From Candidatus Saccharimonadales bacterium (GTDB lineage Bacteria; Patescibacteriota; Saccharimonadia; Saccharimonadales; 2-12-FULL-41-12): DNA of 64,000 nucleotides. The notes beneath the pieces were generated by a model. That model worked only from the letters and a program-made list of their open reading frames with translations, had not been told where the DNA came from and searched no databases. The translations under genes and the position numbers were made by a program. Positions 37,375-47,043 of this stretch are shown piece after piece (position 1 is the stretch's first letter; each line of letters opens with the position of its first letter). Location: contig JANWLD010000003.1 of assembly GCA_025451045.1 (NCBI GenBank), positions 5,690 through 69,689 on the forward strand, in the 5' to 3' direction.

Positions 37375-39024
37375 ATGATTGATAAGCAAAATAAAGACCA
37401 CAACCAATCGCGCAGACCTCTTTCGATAGATGGATTTAAGCCAGCTGGCCGAACTAAAAGCACCGGTAGCATAGGCTTTTCGCAAGGGGCTAATAAAAGC
37501 GATAAAAGCCGCCTGCTTGATGATTTTAAACGGAGCGAAGGCTTCGCTTCAGGAACCTTGAGCGGTTCTTCCTCGATAGGCGTACCGCGGCGGCCGCAAT
37601 ACGGATCATCGGAAAACGCCAAACGCCATTATCTGCGCTTTTGGAAGAATAAACGGGGTACAAAGCTTGATAGTTTTGAGAAAAAAACCTGGCGCAAAAA
37701 GCGGCTAAAAATAGCGGCGATAATCTTTTTTATATTGTTCGCCATCTTCGCGTTTTTGGTAGCCAAGGGCTACATTAACCTACACAAGGTATTTTCCGGC
37801 GGCGGCGGCGCGGCGGCATTGGATGAGAATGTAGATCCGTCCAAACTAAGAATCGAAGGCGATGGCCGGGTGAACATCTTGGTAATGGGCAGGGGCGGAT
37901 TGGGCCATGATGGAGCTGATTTGACCGATACGATGATTCTGGTCAGTATCGACCCAGTCGCCAAAGAAGCTGGCCTGGTAAGCATACCGAGGGATCTGTA
38001 TGTGACAGTACCGGGGCAGGGGTCGATGAAGATAAACAGCGTCTTTTATACCGGCAAGGCGATGGTATTGAATCGGACTGCTAAGCGCAACGAGCAAGTC
38101 ACTAAAGAAGCCGAACAATCAGGCTTCAATCTGGTAGATAAAACGGTCGAAGACGTACTGGGCGTACCAGTGCACTACCATGCGATGGTTGATTTCTCCG
38201 GATTTAAAAAGGCGATTGACACGGTAGGCGGTGTGGATATAAACGTGCCGGCCGCCGTTTATGAAAATATGAGGATTGACGGCAAACCCTACACTCTCAA
38301 TGTGAAACCGGGCCGCAAACACTTCGGCGGCTTTGAAGCATTGGCTTATTCCCGTTCACGCCATACTTCCAAGCGCGGTGATTTTGACCGGGCGGAACGC
38401 CAGAGATTAATGATAGTAGCGCTTAAGGAAAAAATCCTCAGTCTGGGCACATTCGCCAATCCGGCAAAACTTTCTTCGCTGATAGACCAGTTCGGCAGCC
38501 ATGTGCAAACTAATTTCTCTACTCAGGACGTTAGCAAGCTTTATGCTCTGGGCAAACAGATTGACAGTTCGAAAGTGAAATCAATAGGACTGGCCGATCC
38601 GCCTAATAATTACGTGACGACAGCTAATATCGGCGGCCTGTCAGTTGTGATACCGACAGCCGGAGTCGGCAATTACAAGGATATCCACTATTACATTAGA
38701 AATACGCTTCGCGATAGTTTTCTCAAGATGGAGAATGCCAAAGTCCTGGTACTGAATGGCACGAACCGTCCGGGACTGGGCAATGATAAAGTTTATGAGC
38801 TGAAATCCTTCGGATATAAAGTACTTAAGGCGGCTAACGCGCCAACCAGGAATTATTCCAAAACCGTAATCGTGGATATGGGCCACGGCGACAAGAAATA
38901 CACGCGTCATTATCTGGAAAACCGGTTTAAAGTACTCTCTACCCGTAACTTGCCTGATGCGGCCATTCAGCCCGCTGAGGCGGATTTTGTTATAATACTT
39001 GGCAATGATATCTCTTCAGGGTGA
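37375..39024 (+). CDS. LCP (LytR-CpsA-Psr) family protein with LytR_C domain
   Basis: NILVMG, TDTMIL, SIPRDLYV, GDFDRAERQR; C-terminal VLNGT..GL..., ADFVIILG. Confidence 0.92.
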   Translation: MIDKQNKDHNQSRRPLSIDGFKPAGRTKSTGSIGFSQGANKSDKSRLLDDFKRSEGFASGTLSGSSSIGVPRRPQYGSSENAKRHYLRFWKNKRGTKLDSFEKKTWRKKRLKIAAIIFFILFAIFAFLVAKGYINLHKVFSGGGGAAALDENVDPSKLRIEGDGRVNILVMGRGGLGHDGADLTDTMILVSIDPVAKEAGLVSIPRDLYVTVPGQGSMKINSVFYTGKAMVLNRTAKRNEQVTKEAEQSGFNLVDKTVEDVLGVPVHYHAMVDFSGFKKAIDTVGGVDINVPAAVYENMRIDGKPYTLNVKPGRKHFGGFEALAYSRSRHTSKRGDFDRAERQRLMIVALKEKILSLGTFANPAKLSSLIDQFGSHVQTNFSTQDVSKLYALGKQIDSSKVKSIGLADPPNNYVTTANIGGLSVVIPTAGVGNYKDIHYYIRNTLRDSFLKMENAKVLVLNGTNRPGLGNDKVYELKSFGYKVLKAANAPTRNYSKTVIVDMGHGDKKYTRHYLENRFKVLSTRNLPDAAIQPAEADFVIILGNDISSG

Positions 39025-39042
39025 ACAAGGCCAAAGGCCGTC

Positions 39043-39795
39043 ATGGTAAAATTTCTGGTTGATAAAATCCGGCCGGGCAGGGGCTTTGCCCATACTTTTC
39101 ATCTGAGCTTCATTGCTCTTCTGCCGCCGCTGGTTTGGGGTTTGGTGAGGCTTGATTTGACGGGCTTGGCTGTCGCATTGCTACTGCTAAGCAAATGGCG
39201 GATGTTCTCCGTACACCCCCGGCATTGGATAAATCATATCCGCACCAACGCCGTCGACATCATCGTTGGACTGAGCATTTTAGAATTTATAATCCAAAGC
39301 GACAGCGGCCTTTTGCAGGGGCTGTGGGTGTTGGTTTTCGAGGCTTGGCTGCTGTTTATAAAACCCGGCTCGAGCAACCTTTTAGTGACTATTCAGGCTT
39401 TAGCATCCCAAACAATGGGGCTGACTGCTCTTTTTCTGGCCTTTGAAAGGGGCAGTATGGCGTTTTATATCTTGGCAGTCTGGATAATATGCTACTTTTC
39501 CGCTCGGCACTTCCTTGGAATCTTTGAAGAACGGCATGGCAGTCTGATATCTTCCATCTGGGCATTTTTAGCCGCCTGTCTGATGTGGGTACTTAGCCAT
39601 TGGTTGTTATTTTTTGGTCCGATAGCCCAACCGGCGATACTTTTGAGCATAATTGGCACAGGGTTGGCCGGGCTTTACTATCTAGACCAAAGCGATCGGT
39701 TGGCTAGCGGCGTCAAAAAACAGATACTTTTGGCAATGTTTGCGCTTATCTTCATCATCATAATCTTTTCTGACTGGGGCGACAAAGCCGTCTGA
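39043..39795 (+). CDS. Conserved multi-pass membrane protein
   Basis: About 7-8 hydrophobic segments; LSKWRMF..PRHW..IRTNAVD. Confidence 0.75.
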   Translation: MVKFLVDKIRPGRGFAHTFHLSFIALLPPLVWGLVRLDLTGLAVALLLLSKWRMFSVHPRHWINHIRTNAVDIIVGLSILEFIIQSDSGLLQGLWVLVFEAWLLFIKPGSSNLLVTIQALASQTMGLTALFLAFERGSMAFYILAVWIICYFSARHFLGIFEERHGSLISSIWAFLAACLMWVLSHWLLFFGPIAQPAILLSIIGTGLAGLYYLDQSDRLASGVKKQILLAMFALIFIIIIFSDWGDKAV

Positions 39796-39800
39796 CAAAA

Positions 39801-39828
39801 AGTATGACGTATAAAGTATGAAGTATGA
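39801..39828. repeat. Degenerate heptamer array
   Basis: AGTATGA CGTATAA AGTATGA AGTATGA (reverse complement of the 31010 type). Confidence 0.65.
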
Positions 39829-39846
39829 TGCGGTCGAAATACCGCG

Positions 39847-40656
39847 CTATGATTTCTTGAAAAGCTGCACCAAGATATCAGTCTTTTCCAATTTATAATT
39901 AGCTGAACTCGCCAATTTGAGCATAGCGCTGTGTTGGTTTTCTAGCGATTCGGTCAATATAAATCGTGGTTTTTTAGGCAAGCCTTTGATTTGTTTCCAA
40001 AATTCCCGGTAATGATTCAGCCCGTCCTTGCCGGAAAACAGAGCAGTTTTTGGCTCAAAATTTATCTCTTCGGACGTGATTAAATTGTCGGGCACATAAG
40101 GCAAATTAGCCGTAATTAGGTTATAGGTGCTAGGTGCTAGGGTATAGATTGGCTCGAGCAGGCTTCCAGTTAGGAATTTGATGTCAGTTTTGTGAGTTTG
40201 GGCGTTCTTTTGGGCAATTTTTAGGGCTTTTTCATCAATATCGACAGCTGTAACTTCGGCTTGAGACAACTCTAACTTAGCTGTAATGGCTAAACATCCG
40301 GAGCCGGTGCCTACATCCACGATAGTTTTTGGTTTGATTTCTTTTAACAACTCAATAAAGCTTTCTGATTCAGGGCGAGGAATCATTACGTCCGGCGTAA
40401 CTTCAAAAAATCGGCCATAGAACCAGGCTTTGCCGCGGATATAAGCCAAAGGTTCGCGCTTGATCCGTCTTTTTATCTGAGAGTCTAATATTTTTATTTG
40501 CTTGTTTGACAGTTCAAATTCCGGATGAGCATTTACCCAAGAACGGTCTTTTTCCAGCAAATCTTCGATTAATACTAAACCATCCCGCCGCGGTGAATCA
40601 ACGCCGGCATCCGCCAGCTTTTTCATCGATGGAACCAACCACTCAAGAATCGTCAT
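39847..40656 (-). CDS. prmC: Release factor glutamine methyltransferase
   Basis: [27 protein letters not shown]; downstream of prfA. Confidence 0.93.
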   Translation of the reverse strand: MTILEWLVPSMKKLADAGVDSPRRDGLVLIEDLLEKDRSWVNAHPEFELSNKQIKILDSQIKRRIKREPLAYIRGKAWFYGRFFEVTPDVMIPRPESESFIELLKEIKPKTIVDVGTGSGCLAITAKLELSQAEVTAVDIDEKALKIAQKNAQTHKTDIKFLTGSLLEPIYTLAPSTYNLITANLPYVPDNLITSEEINFEPKTALFSGKDGLNHYREFWKQIKGLPKKPRFILTESLENQHSAMLKLASSANYKLEKTDILVQLFKKS

Positions 40657-41704
40657 TCTGTAGTAAGTTCAATTCTTCTTTTTGGAGGTTTTCTATTAAG
40701 TCGTCGATGTCGCCGTCCATGGCGCCGGGTATGTTGCTGCGCGAATAGCCGATGCGGTGGTCGGTTATCCGGTCCTGAGGGAAGTTATAAGTGCGGATTT
40801 TTTCGCTTCTATCGCCGGAACCGATTAATTTCTTACGGGCATCGGACAGTTCTTTTTGCTCTTCTTCCATCTTTTGAGCAAGCAAACGGGCTCGCAGGAC
40901 ACTCATCGCTTTTTCCTTGTTTTTAATCTGGGATTTTTCGTCTTGGTTGGTTACTACTATTTCGGTCGGTACGTGGGTTATCCTTACGGCTGAGTCAGTG
41001 GTGTTGACGCTCTGGCCGCCGTGCCCGCCGGAACGGAAAACATCTATGCGAAGGTCTGCAGGGTTTATCTCTATATCCGATTCCTCGGCTTCAGGTAGTA
41101 CCGCTACCGTTGCGGTGCTGGTGTGGACTCGGCCTTGTGATTCGGTGGCCGGAATTCTTTGTACGCGGTGGACACCACCCTCAAATTTGAGATTTTTATA
41201 AGCATCTTTCCCGTTGATGGCGACCGTAACTTCTTTGAACCCGCCGACTTCATTGGCGCTTTCACTGATGTGTTCGGTGATGTAACCATGATTTTCGGCC
41301 CAGCGGACGTACATTCTGTAAAGTTCTCCGGCAAAGATACTGGATTCATCACCGCCGGCAGCCGCGCGGATTTCGATTATCACATTGCGTTCGTCTCTCG
41401 GGTCTTTGGGTATAAGCGATTCACTCAGTAGTTTATCGATATCTTCTTTTTTCTGTTTTAGATCCTCAAGTTCACTTTTTGCCAGTTCTGCCAGGTCGGT
41501 GTCACCGGAATCGGCCATGGATTTTGCTTCAGTCAGCTCTTTTTCAATAGAATGTTTTTCGTCAAATAGAGCAATTACTTTGGCCAACTCACCTTGGCGC
41601 CTAGCAAGAGCAGGGTAGTCGCTCCGTCCAAAAACATCAGGATGTTGCAACTCTTGTTCGACAACGGCAAATTCTTCGCGTAATTTTTTCTCCTGATTCT
41701 GCAT
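40643..41704 (-). CDS. prfA: Peptide chain release factor 1
   Basis: PAT tripeptide ([14 protein letters not shown]), [12 protein letters not shown]; start 41704 or 41710. Confidence 0.97.
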   Translation of the reverse strand: MQNQEKKLREEFAVVEQELQHPDVFGRSDYPALARRQGELAKVIALFDEKHSIEKELTEAKSMADSGDTDLAELAKSELEDLKQKKEDIDKLLSESLIPKDPRDERNVIIEIRAAAGGDESSIFAGELYRMYVRWAENHGYITEHISESANEVGGFKEVTVAINGKDAYKNLKFEGGVHRVQRIPATESQGRVHTSTATVAVLPEAEESDIEINPADLRIDVFRSGGHGGQSVNTTDSAVRITHVPTEIVVTNQDEKSQIKNKEKAMSVLRARLLAQKMEEEQKELSDARKKLIGSGDRSEKIRTYNFPQDRITDHRIGYSRSNIPGAMDGDIDDLIENLQKEELNLLQNDDS

Positions 41705-41786
41705 GACCATAGTATATGGTATGAGCTGTTAAGTATGAAGCCGTTGATTAATAAATAGTTAAGATTCAGATGCTAAAATAAATACT

Positions 41787-42059
41787 ATGAATAGTGATGT
41801 TATTGCCGATTTGAAACAATTTATTACGGCGACTGTTTTTCAAGGCACTACTGATATCCGTGATGAGATTAGGCGGCTGGATCTAAAGATTGACGATCTT
41901 TCTGACTCTGTGCACGAAGATATCAAAAATCTTGATGGAAAAATTGATGATCTGTCAGAGTCGGTTGCGGAAGCAATAAGTACATCAAATGAGGCTACGG
42001 ATTCAAAATTTAAAAATCACGAACATAGAATAACCAAGCTGGAGAAAAAAGCGGTTTAG
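41787..42059 (+). CDS. Small coiled-coil protein with internal 18-aa duplication
   Basis: [18 protein letters not shown] / [27 protein letters not shown] end. Confidence 0.7.
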   Translation: MNSDVIADLKQFITATVFQGTTDIRDEIRRLDLKIDDLSDSVHEDIKNLDGKIDDLSESVAEAISTSNEATDSKFKNHEHRITKLEKKAV

Positions 42060-42382
42060 CCGAGTTTTTGCGGAGCTTCTTTGTTTTTTTCGCTCTTAGG
42101 TTTCTTAGCTTTTGTAGCTGATTTTTCGCGGGCGTCTTGGGCAGCTTTAGTGCGCTTTTTGAATTTATCAACCCGGCCTTCGATGTCCACAAGCTTTTCC
42201 TGACCGGTAAAGAACGGGTGTGAAGCGCTGGAAATGTGAATTTTTACCAAAGGATATTCAACGCCGTCGAGTTTGATAGTTTCCTCGCTGGCGGCGGTCG
42301 AGCGCGTCAAAAAGTTAGTTCCATTGGAAATATCTTGGAATACCACTGGCCTGTAGTTGTCGGCGTGAATATCCTTTTTCAT
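42056..42382 (-). CDS. rpmE2: 50S ribosomal protein L31, type B (no Zn cysteines)
   Basis: [31 protein letters not shown]; start revised to ATG 42382. Confidence 0.95.
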   Translation of the reverse strand: MKKDIHADNYRPVVFQDISNGTNFLTRSTAASEETIKLDGVEYPLVKIHISSASHPFFTGQEKLVDIEGRVDKFKKRTKAAQDAREKSATKAKKPKSEKNKEAPQKLG

Positions 42383-42456
42383 AGAAACTGTATTATACAC
42401 ATCTGTTAGCCAGAGGTCAACTATCTAGTTTCACCGCTACTTCGTAGCTTCCGCGA

Positions 42457-42938
42457 CCTACTTTTTTCCTCCAGCCGCAAAAAGTAGGCAAAAAAGGCCG
42501 CCCCAGGACAGAAAAAGCTTACTCGGCCTAGATACCAGGTTGGTTCGTGAAGCAAAAAACTCCCTCCGGTCGGTCCTGTTAGTTACTTCCAAAGAGTAAC
42601 AGGACTAGCTTTTGCTGAAACCATTCGCTCATACCTGATTAGCCGAATCAGTTTTCCCTAAGGGGGAGCATGCCCTTAGGGCATGCTTTAAGAACCCAAA
42701 TAACCTCAAGCGAGGTTATTTTCTGCTTGTTCCCAGCATTTGCAAAACCGATTGGCGGCAATCAGGTTGGTTCGAGTCATTGAAGCAAAACTAACCCAGC
42801 CCTTCCTTAAAATCATAGGGCTGGGCGACCAAAGGGAGTTTTTTGCTTCACGAACCAACCTGGTATCTGCCGGCAGTAGTGTTTGGCAACCTGCTGTCGC
42901 TTTTTTGCCCCTCGTTTTTGGCGATTCAAAAATGAGGG
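42457..42938. repeat. Inverted pair of about 200-nt structured elements (family C)
   Basis: Perfect 36-bp inverted repeat 42530-42565 / 42833-42868 inside homologous units 42457-42655 and 42744-42938. Confidence 0.85.
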
Positions 42939-42999
42939 AATTTGCTTCTTGGTTACAAGAAGATGTGGACATTGGTCAACAGATGTAGTAAGCTGACTA

Positions 43000-43090
43000 G
43001 ACATAAATTAAGCAGGTTAAGAGGTTTTTCCTCCGATTGAAGCATCGCTTGAAGCTCAATACGGCACTCTGACCGAAGAGGAAGGAAAAT
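43000..43090 (+). promoter_or_regulatory. Putative structured rpsB leader
   Basis: About 90-nt UTR with TTCCTC...GAGGAA closing stem and inner hairpins; rpsB leaders are autoregulatory in other bacteria. Confidence 0.35.
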
Positions 43091-43804
43091 ATGACGAACG
43101 TAGATATTAAGAAATTGCTTGAAGCTGGCACGCATTTCGGGCACAAGACCAGCCGCTGGCATCCGAAGATGTCGCCGTACATCCATAGCAAAAAGAACGG
43201 CAGCCATATAATCGATTTGACGATGACGGTCGAGAAGTTGGACGAGGCTCTATATTTTATTGAAAAAACCGCCGCCGCGGGCAAACAAGTGTTGCTAGTC
43301 GGAACCAAGCGCCAAGCCAAGGGCATCATCAAAAAAGCCGCCGAGGATACAGGCATGCCTTATGTCTACGAACGCTGGATTGGCGGTATGCTAACGAATT
43401 CTAACACGATGAATAATCGAGTTAAGCACCTGAAAGATCTTGAACAAAAAATGGATTCCGGCGCGCTGGAAGCAAAGTACAACAAGCTGGAAGTCCAAAG
43501 ATATCAGGAAGAAATAGACGGTATGAATTTCTTATACGGCGGAATCAAATTCATGGCTAACCGGCCGGGCGCTGTTTTTATAACCGATGTGATTAATGAT
43601 TCCAATGCTGTCCGCGAAGCCCAGAAACTAGGAATTCCGATAGTCGCGATAGTTGATACCAACGCCGACCCAAGCGGTATAAATTACCCAATCCCAGCTA
43701 ATGACGACGCTATCAAATCGATACAGCTGATTACCGAATACGTAGTTCAAGCCATCAACGCCGGCAAAACCAAAGTTAAAAAAACGGAAAAGACCGGGGA
43801 GTAG
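43091..43804 (+). CDS. rpsB: 30S ribosomal protein S2
   Basis: LLEAGTHFGH..RWHPKM, RWIGGMLTN, VDTNADP, PANDDAIKS. Confidence 0.98.
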   Translation: MTNVDIKKLLEAGTHFGHKTSRWHPKMSPYIHSKKNGSHIIDLTMTVEKLDEALYFIEKTAAAGKQVLLVGTKRQAKGIIKKAAEDTGMPYVYERWIGGMLTNSNTMNNRVKHLKDLEQKMDSGALEAKYNKLEVQRYQEEIDGMNFLYGGIKFMANRPGAVFITDVINDSNAVREAQKLGIPIVAIVDTNADPSGINYPIPANDDAIKSIQLITEYVVQAINAGKTKVKKTEKTGE

Positions 43805-43807
43805 TAA

Positions 43808-44263
43808 GTGGACATCAAGCAGATAAAAAGACTTCGTGAACTGACTGGCGTAGGCATAACCGACGCCAAAAAGGCACTGGAAGAAGCCAAGGGTGATTTT
43901 GACAAAGCGCTTGAGCAAATGCGCAAGAAAGGGCTGACCAAAGCTGAAAAGCGTGGTGAGCGCGAAGCCCGCGCCGGCATAGTCGGGACTTATAACCACG
44001 ACGGACGCATTGGCGTAGTAGTCGAAGTCAATTGCGAAACTGATTTCGTCGCTAGGAACGAGATTTTCACTGATTTGGTAAAGGATATTTCTATGCATAT
44101 AGCCGCCAGCGAGCCAGACAATGTGGCTGAATTACTGAAACAGCCTTACGTAAAAAATCCGGACCAGACCGTAGATCTTTATATTAAGGAAAATATCGCC
44201 AAACTGGGCGAAAATATCGTAGTTAAGCGTTTCAGCCGAATCGCGCTCGGCGAATTAGGATAA
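43808..44263 (+). CDS. tsf: Elongation factor Ts (short form)
   Basis: IKRLRELTG.G..DAKKAL, EVNCETDFVA, GENIVVKRF. Confidence 0.95.
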   Translation: MDIKQIKRLRELTGVGITDAKKALEEAKGDFDKALEQMRKKGLTKAEKRGEREARAGIVGTYNHDGRIGVVVEVNCETDFVARNEIFTDLVKDISMHIAASEPDNVAELLKQPYVKNPDQTVDLYIKENIAKLGENIVVKRFSRIALGELG

Positions 44264-44267
44264 GTTT

Positions 44268-44828
44268 ATGGAAAACCAAGCTACCTCTAAACTGAACGCG
44301 GGCATAGACAAAGCCGTAACTTATTTTGAGGACGAGCTGAAGAAAATGCGCACTGGCCGCGCCCATCCCGGCATGTTGGACGGAATAAAGGCCGAAGCTT
44401 ACGGGCAGGAAATGCCGCTTATCCAACTGGCGACTATAAGCGCGCCGGAACCGCAGTTGCTACAAATAACGCCATTTGACCCGAGCAACTTGCAAGCCAT
44501 AACAGCAGCTATACGAGATAACCAGGCGCTGGGGATGAACCCGATGGATGACGGGCATGTCGTAAGAGTACCGATTCCGCCGCTGACTGAGGAAAGACGC
44601 CGCCAAATTGCCAAACAGCTGGGCGAAAAAGTTGAAGACTGCATGATAAGCATGCGTGGCGCGCGTCATGAAGCGATGAAAGACCTGGAACAAGCCAAAA
44701 AAGATAAAGATATCAGCGAAGATGAGTTTAAGCGCACAATAAAGCAAATTGACGAGATAATGGCCAAAACGAAGGCTGACGTCGATGCCAAGGCTAAAGC
44801 CAAAGAAAAAGACATTATGTCTGTTTAG
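44268..44828 (+). CDS. frr: Ribosome recycling factor
   Basis: MRTGRAHP, NPMDDG..RVPIPPLTEERR, ISEDE. Confidence 0.96.
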   Translation: MENQATSKLNAGIDKAVTYFEDELKKMRTGRAHPGMLDGIKAEAYGQEMPLIQLATISAPEPQLLQITPFDPSNLQAITAAIRDNQALGMNPMDDGHVVRVPIPPLTEERRRQIAKQLGEKVEDCMISMRGARHEAMKDLEQAKKDKDISEDEFKRTIKQIDEIMAKTKADVDAKAKAKEKDIMSV

Positions 44829-44829
44829 T

Positions 44830-44912
44830 TTTTCGGGTCCTGACTCTTTTGGTATTCCATAAACTTCCACGATATTTGTTTATGGAAGCCTTCCAAAAGA
44901 GCCACCCGAAAA
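44830..44912 (-). repeat. Structured repeat family B, copy 2
   Basis: Homologous to 36527-36611 in opposite orientation with compensatory stem changes. Confidence 0.85.
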
Positions 44913-44943
44913 TTCTTGGAGTCACTGAGGTATAATTTAGAGC

Positions 44944-46065
44944 ATGTCAGTGTTCTTGCTTATCCTAAGCTTATTATTATTTGTTGGCTTGGTTGTAGCC
45001 CATGAATGGGGTCATTTCGTCGTGGCTAGACGCGGTGGGGTAGAAGTCGAGGAATTCGGCATAGGCTTTCCGCCAAAAGCATGGGCCAAAAAAATCAAGA
45101 CTAAAAAAAGCCAGTTTCTGCTAAGCGTAAACCTATTGCCGCTAGGCGGTTTCGTGCGGCTCAAAGGAGAGCATGATTCAGACACCCGACCAGCCAGTTT
45201 CGGCGCCGCGCCGCTCGGTACCAAAGTCAAAATTATGCTGGCCGGAGTAGCAGTCAATCTGCTTATAGCCTATCTGATGTTAGTAGTATTGGCGGCAACC
45301 GCTATGCCGAAGATTATCGACAATCAATACACTGTAGCCAGCGATACTAAGGTTATCCAGCATGTCCAAAACGAAGATGTAGTTTTAACAGATAGCGTAG
45401 TATCCGGTTCTCCGGCCGAGAAAGCCGGGATAAAGCCGGGCGACAGAATACTTCAGCTGGATGGGCAAACTATATCATCACCTGAACAGATACCGCCGGT
45501 TACAGAACACAACGCAGGCAAGACCATAACCGTGAAGGTAGACAGAAATGGCAAAGAAGCTGTTTATCGGGTCACGCTGAACCAGCAAAACACAGGCGAC
45601 GGTTATCTTGGTATTTCCAGCAGTTCAGGACGTAGCGGCATAGAACTGCAGCGCTCAACCTGGTCTTCGCCGATAGTCGCGGCAGGACTTTTAAAACAAT
45701 TTTCCGAACTGACTTTTAAGGGCCTTGGTACGGCACTCTCAAGCTTAAGCAGGGGAGATACCAAGACAGCCAGCGAGCAGGTATCCGGCCCGGTTGGCAT
45801 ATTTTATATTTTGCGCGAAGGCGGCAAGCTGGGACTTAGTTTTATCCTGATGATAATTGCTATTATCTCGCTGACTTTGGCGCTAATAAACATATTGCCG
45901 ATTCCGGCTTTGGACGGTGGCCGGCTGTTTGTAACGCTACTGTTTCGGGCCATGAAAAAACCGCTTACCAAACGCCGGGAAGATTTTATTCATGGTTCCG
46001 GATTTGCGTTTTTGATGCTGTTATTTATTTTGGTGACCTTTGTAGATATAAAGCGGTTTTTCTAA
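44944..46065 (+). CDS. rseP: M50-family intramembrane metalloprotease (RseP-like) with PDZ domain
   Basis: HEWGHF, PLGGFVRLKGE, SPAEKAGIKPGD, NILPIPALDGG. Confidence 0.92.
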   Translation: MSVFLLILSLLLFVGLVVAHEWGHFVVARRGGVEVEEFGIGFPPKAWAKKIKTKKSQFLLSVNLLPLGGFVRLKGEHDSDTRPASFGAAPLGTKVKIMLAGVAVNLLIAYLMLVVLAATAMPKIIDNQYTVASDTKVIQHVQNEDVVLTDSVVSGSPAEKAGIKPGDRILQLDGQTISSPEQIPPVTEHNAGKTITVKVDRNGKEAVYRVTLNQQNTGDGYLGISSSSGRSGIELQRSTWSSPIVAAGLLKQFSELTFKGLGTALSSLSRGDTKTASEQVSGPVGIFYILREGGKLGLSFILMIIAIISLTLALINILPIPALDGGRLFVTLLFRAMKKPLTKRREDFIHGSGFAFLMLLFILVTFVDIKRFF

Positions 46066-46872
46066 ATGAAACAAGATGATATCAACAACCATGGCCGCAA
46101 AATCTTAAAGAACCTGCAGAAAAATGACAAGCCAAAAAAAACCGGTTGGGGTCCGGTTTCAGCCATTTTAGTTACACTCGGAATTTATTTCGGCGCACAA
46201 CTGCTAGCGGCTTACATAATTATCCAATATCTGTTTTTAACTGGTAAAACTCGTAGCAACATACCTACGACTATCGATGATTCAGTAATTTTGCAGTTCA
46301 TTTTCATTGCTGTAGCTGAAGTCGTATCTTTGCTTTTGCTGTGGTGGTTTTTGCGCCGCAGAAAGGTTTCATGGCAGGCAATAGGGTTAAAAAGGCCAAC
46401 TGGCAAAAATCTAATCTATGCGCTGCCGGGGTACGTAATCTATTTTGCAATTATTCTTGCGACCCTTGCGCTCTTGCAGAATTTTGTTCCGGATATTGAC
46501 GTAAACCAGAACCAACAAGTCGGCTTTGAGACCGCCCATGGCGGGTTGTTAGTCTTGGTGTTTATCGCCTTGGTGATTTTGCCGGCCTTGGTTGAAGAAA
46601 TTATGATACGTGGTTTTTTGTATGGCGGCCTGAGAAAAAAACTGCCGGTAATAACTTCTGCTATCTTAGCCAGCACGATATTTGGATTGGCACATTTACA
46701 GCTGGGCAGTGGTGACAGCCCGGTCTGGGTGGCTGCCGTTGATACCTTTATTTTATCGATGGTACTTATCTGGCTGCGGGAAAAAACCGGCAATATCTGG
46801 GCCGGAGTGGTAGTTCATATGGCAAAAAATTCACTGGCTTTTCTAACCTTATTTGTCTTCAAAGGCCTTTAG
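46066..46872 (+). CDS. CPBP (CAAX protease/Abi) family intramembrane protease
   Basis: EEIMIRG, FGLAH, HMAKN. Confidence 0.9.
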   Translation: MKQDDINNHGRKILKNLQKNDKPKKTGWGPVSAILVTLGIYFGAQLLAAYIIIQYLFLTGKTRSNIPTTIDDSVILQFIFIAVAEVVSLLLLWWFLRRRKVSWQAIGLKRPTGKNLIYALPGYVIYFAIILATLALLQNFVPDIDVNQNQQVGFETAHGGLLVLVFIALVILPALVEEIMIRGFLYGGLRKKLPVITSAILASTIFGLAHLQLGSGDSPVWVAAVDTFILSMVLIWLREKTGNIWAGVVVHMAKNSLAFLTLFVFKGL

Positions 46873-46913
46873 GCTTTACAAACTACTGCCTATGTATTAG
46901 AGTAATTAGCCTG

Positions 46914-46982
46914 ATGATAACCATTAGTAAATCTAGTTTTATATTACCGCCAGCCCCGGAACGACACCGGAGGCTAAGTTAG
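46914..46982 (+). CDS. Putative proline-sensing leader peptide (22 aa, MITISKSSFILPPAPERHRRLS)
   Basis: ATG just downstream of TTTACA-N17-TAGAGT promoter; CCG CCA GCC CCG codons overlap attenuator segment 1. Confidence 0.65.
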   Translation: MITISKSSFILPPAPERHRRLS

Positions 46983-47043
46983 AATCTAAATAAATTTAAA
47001 AAGAATCACACGCAAGCGGCCTCCGGGCCGTTTTTTATTTTTT
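46952..47043 (+). promoter_or_regulatory. Transcription attenuator (pause/antiterminator/terminator)
   Basis: 1:2 AGCC-CCGG/CCGG-A-GGCT; 2:3 CCGGAGGC(46967)/GCCTCCGG(47019); 3:4 GCGGCC-TCCG-GGCCGT then T-tract. Confidence 0.7.

Noticed and set aside
42765..42790. tRNA suggested by GGTTCGAGTC
   Set aside because: No cloverleaf; the sequence is one arm of the family C repeat.
42706..43004. Several 63-88 aa ORFs between rpmE2 and rpsB
   Set aside because: They fall within the inverted structured repeat and lack coding signals.
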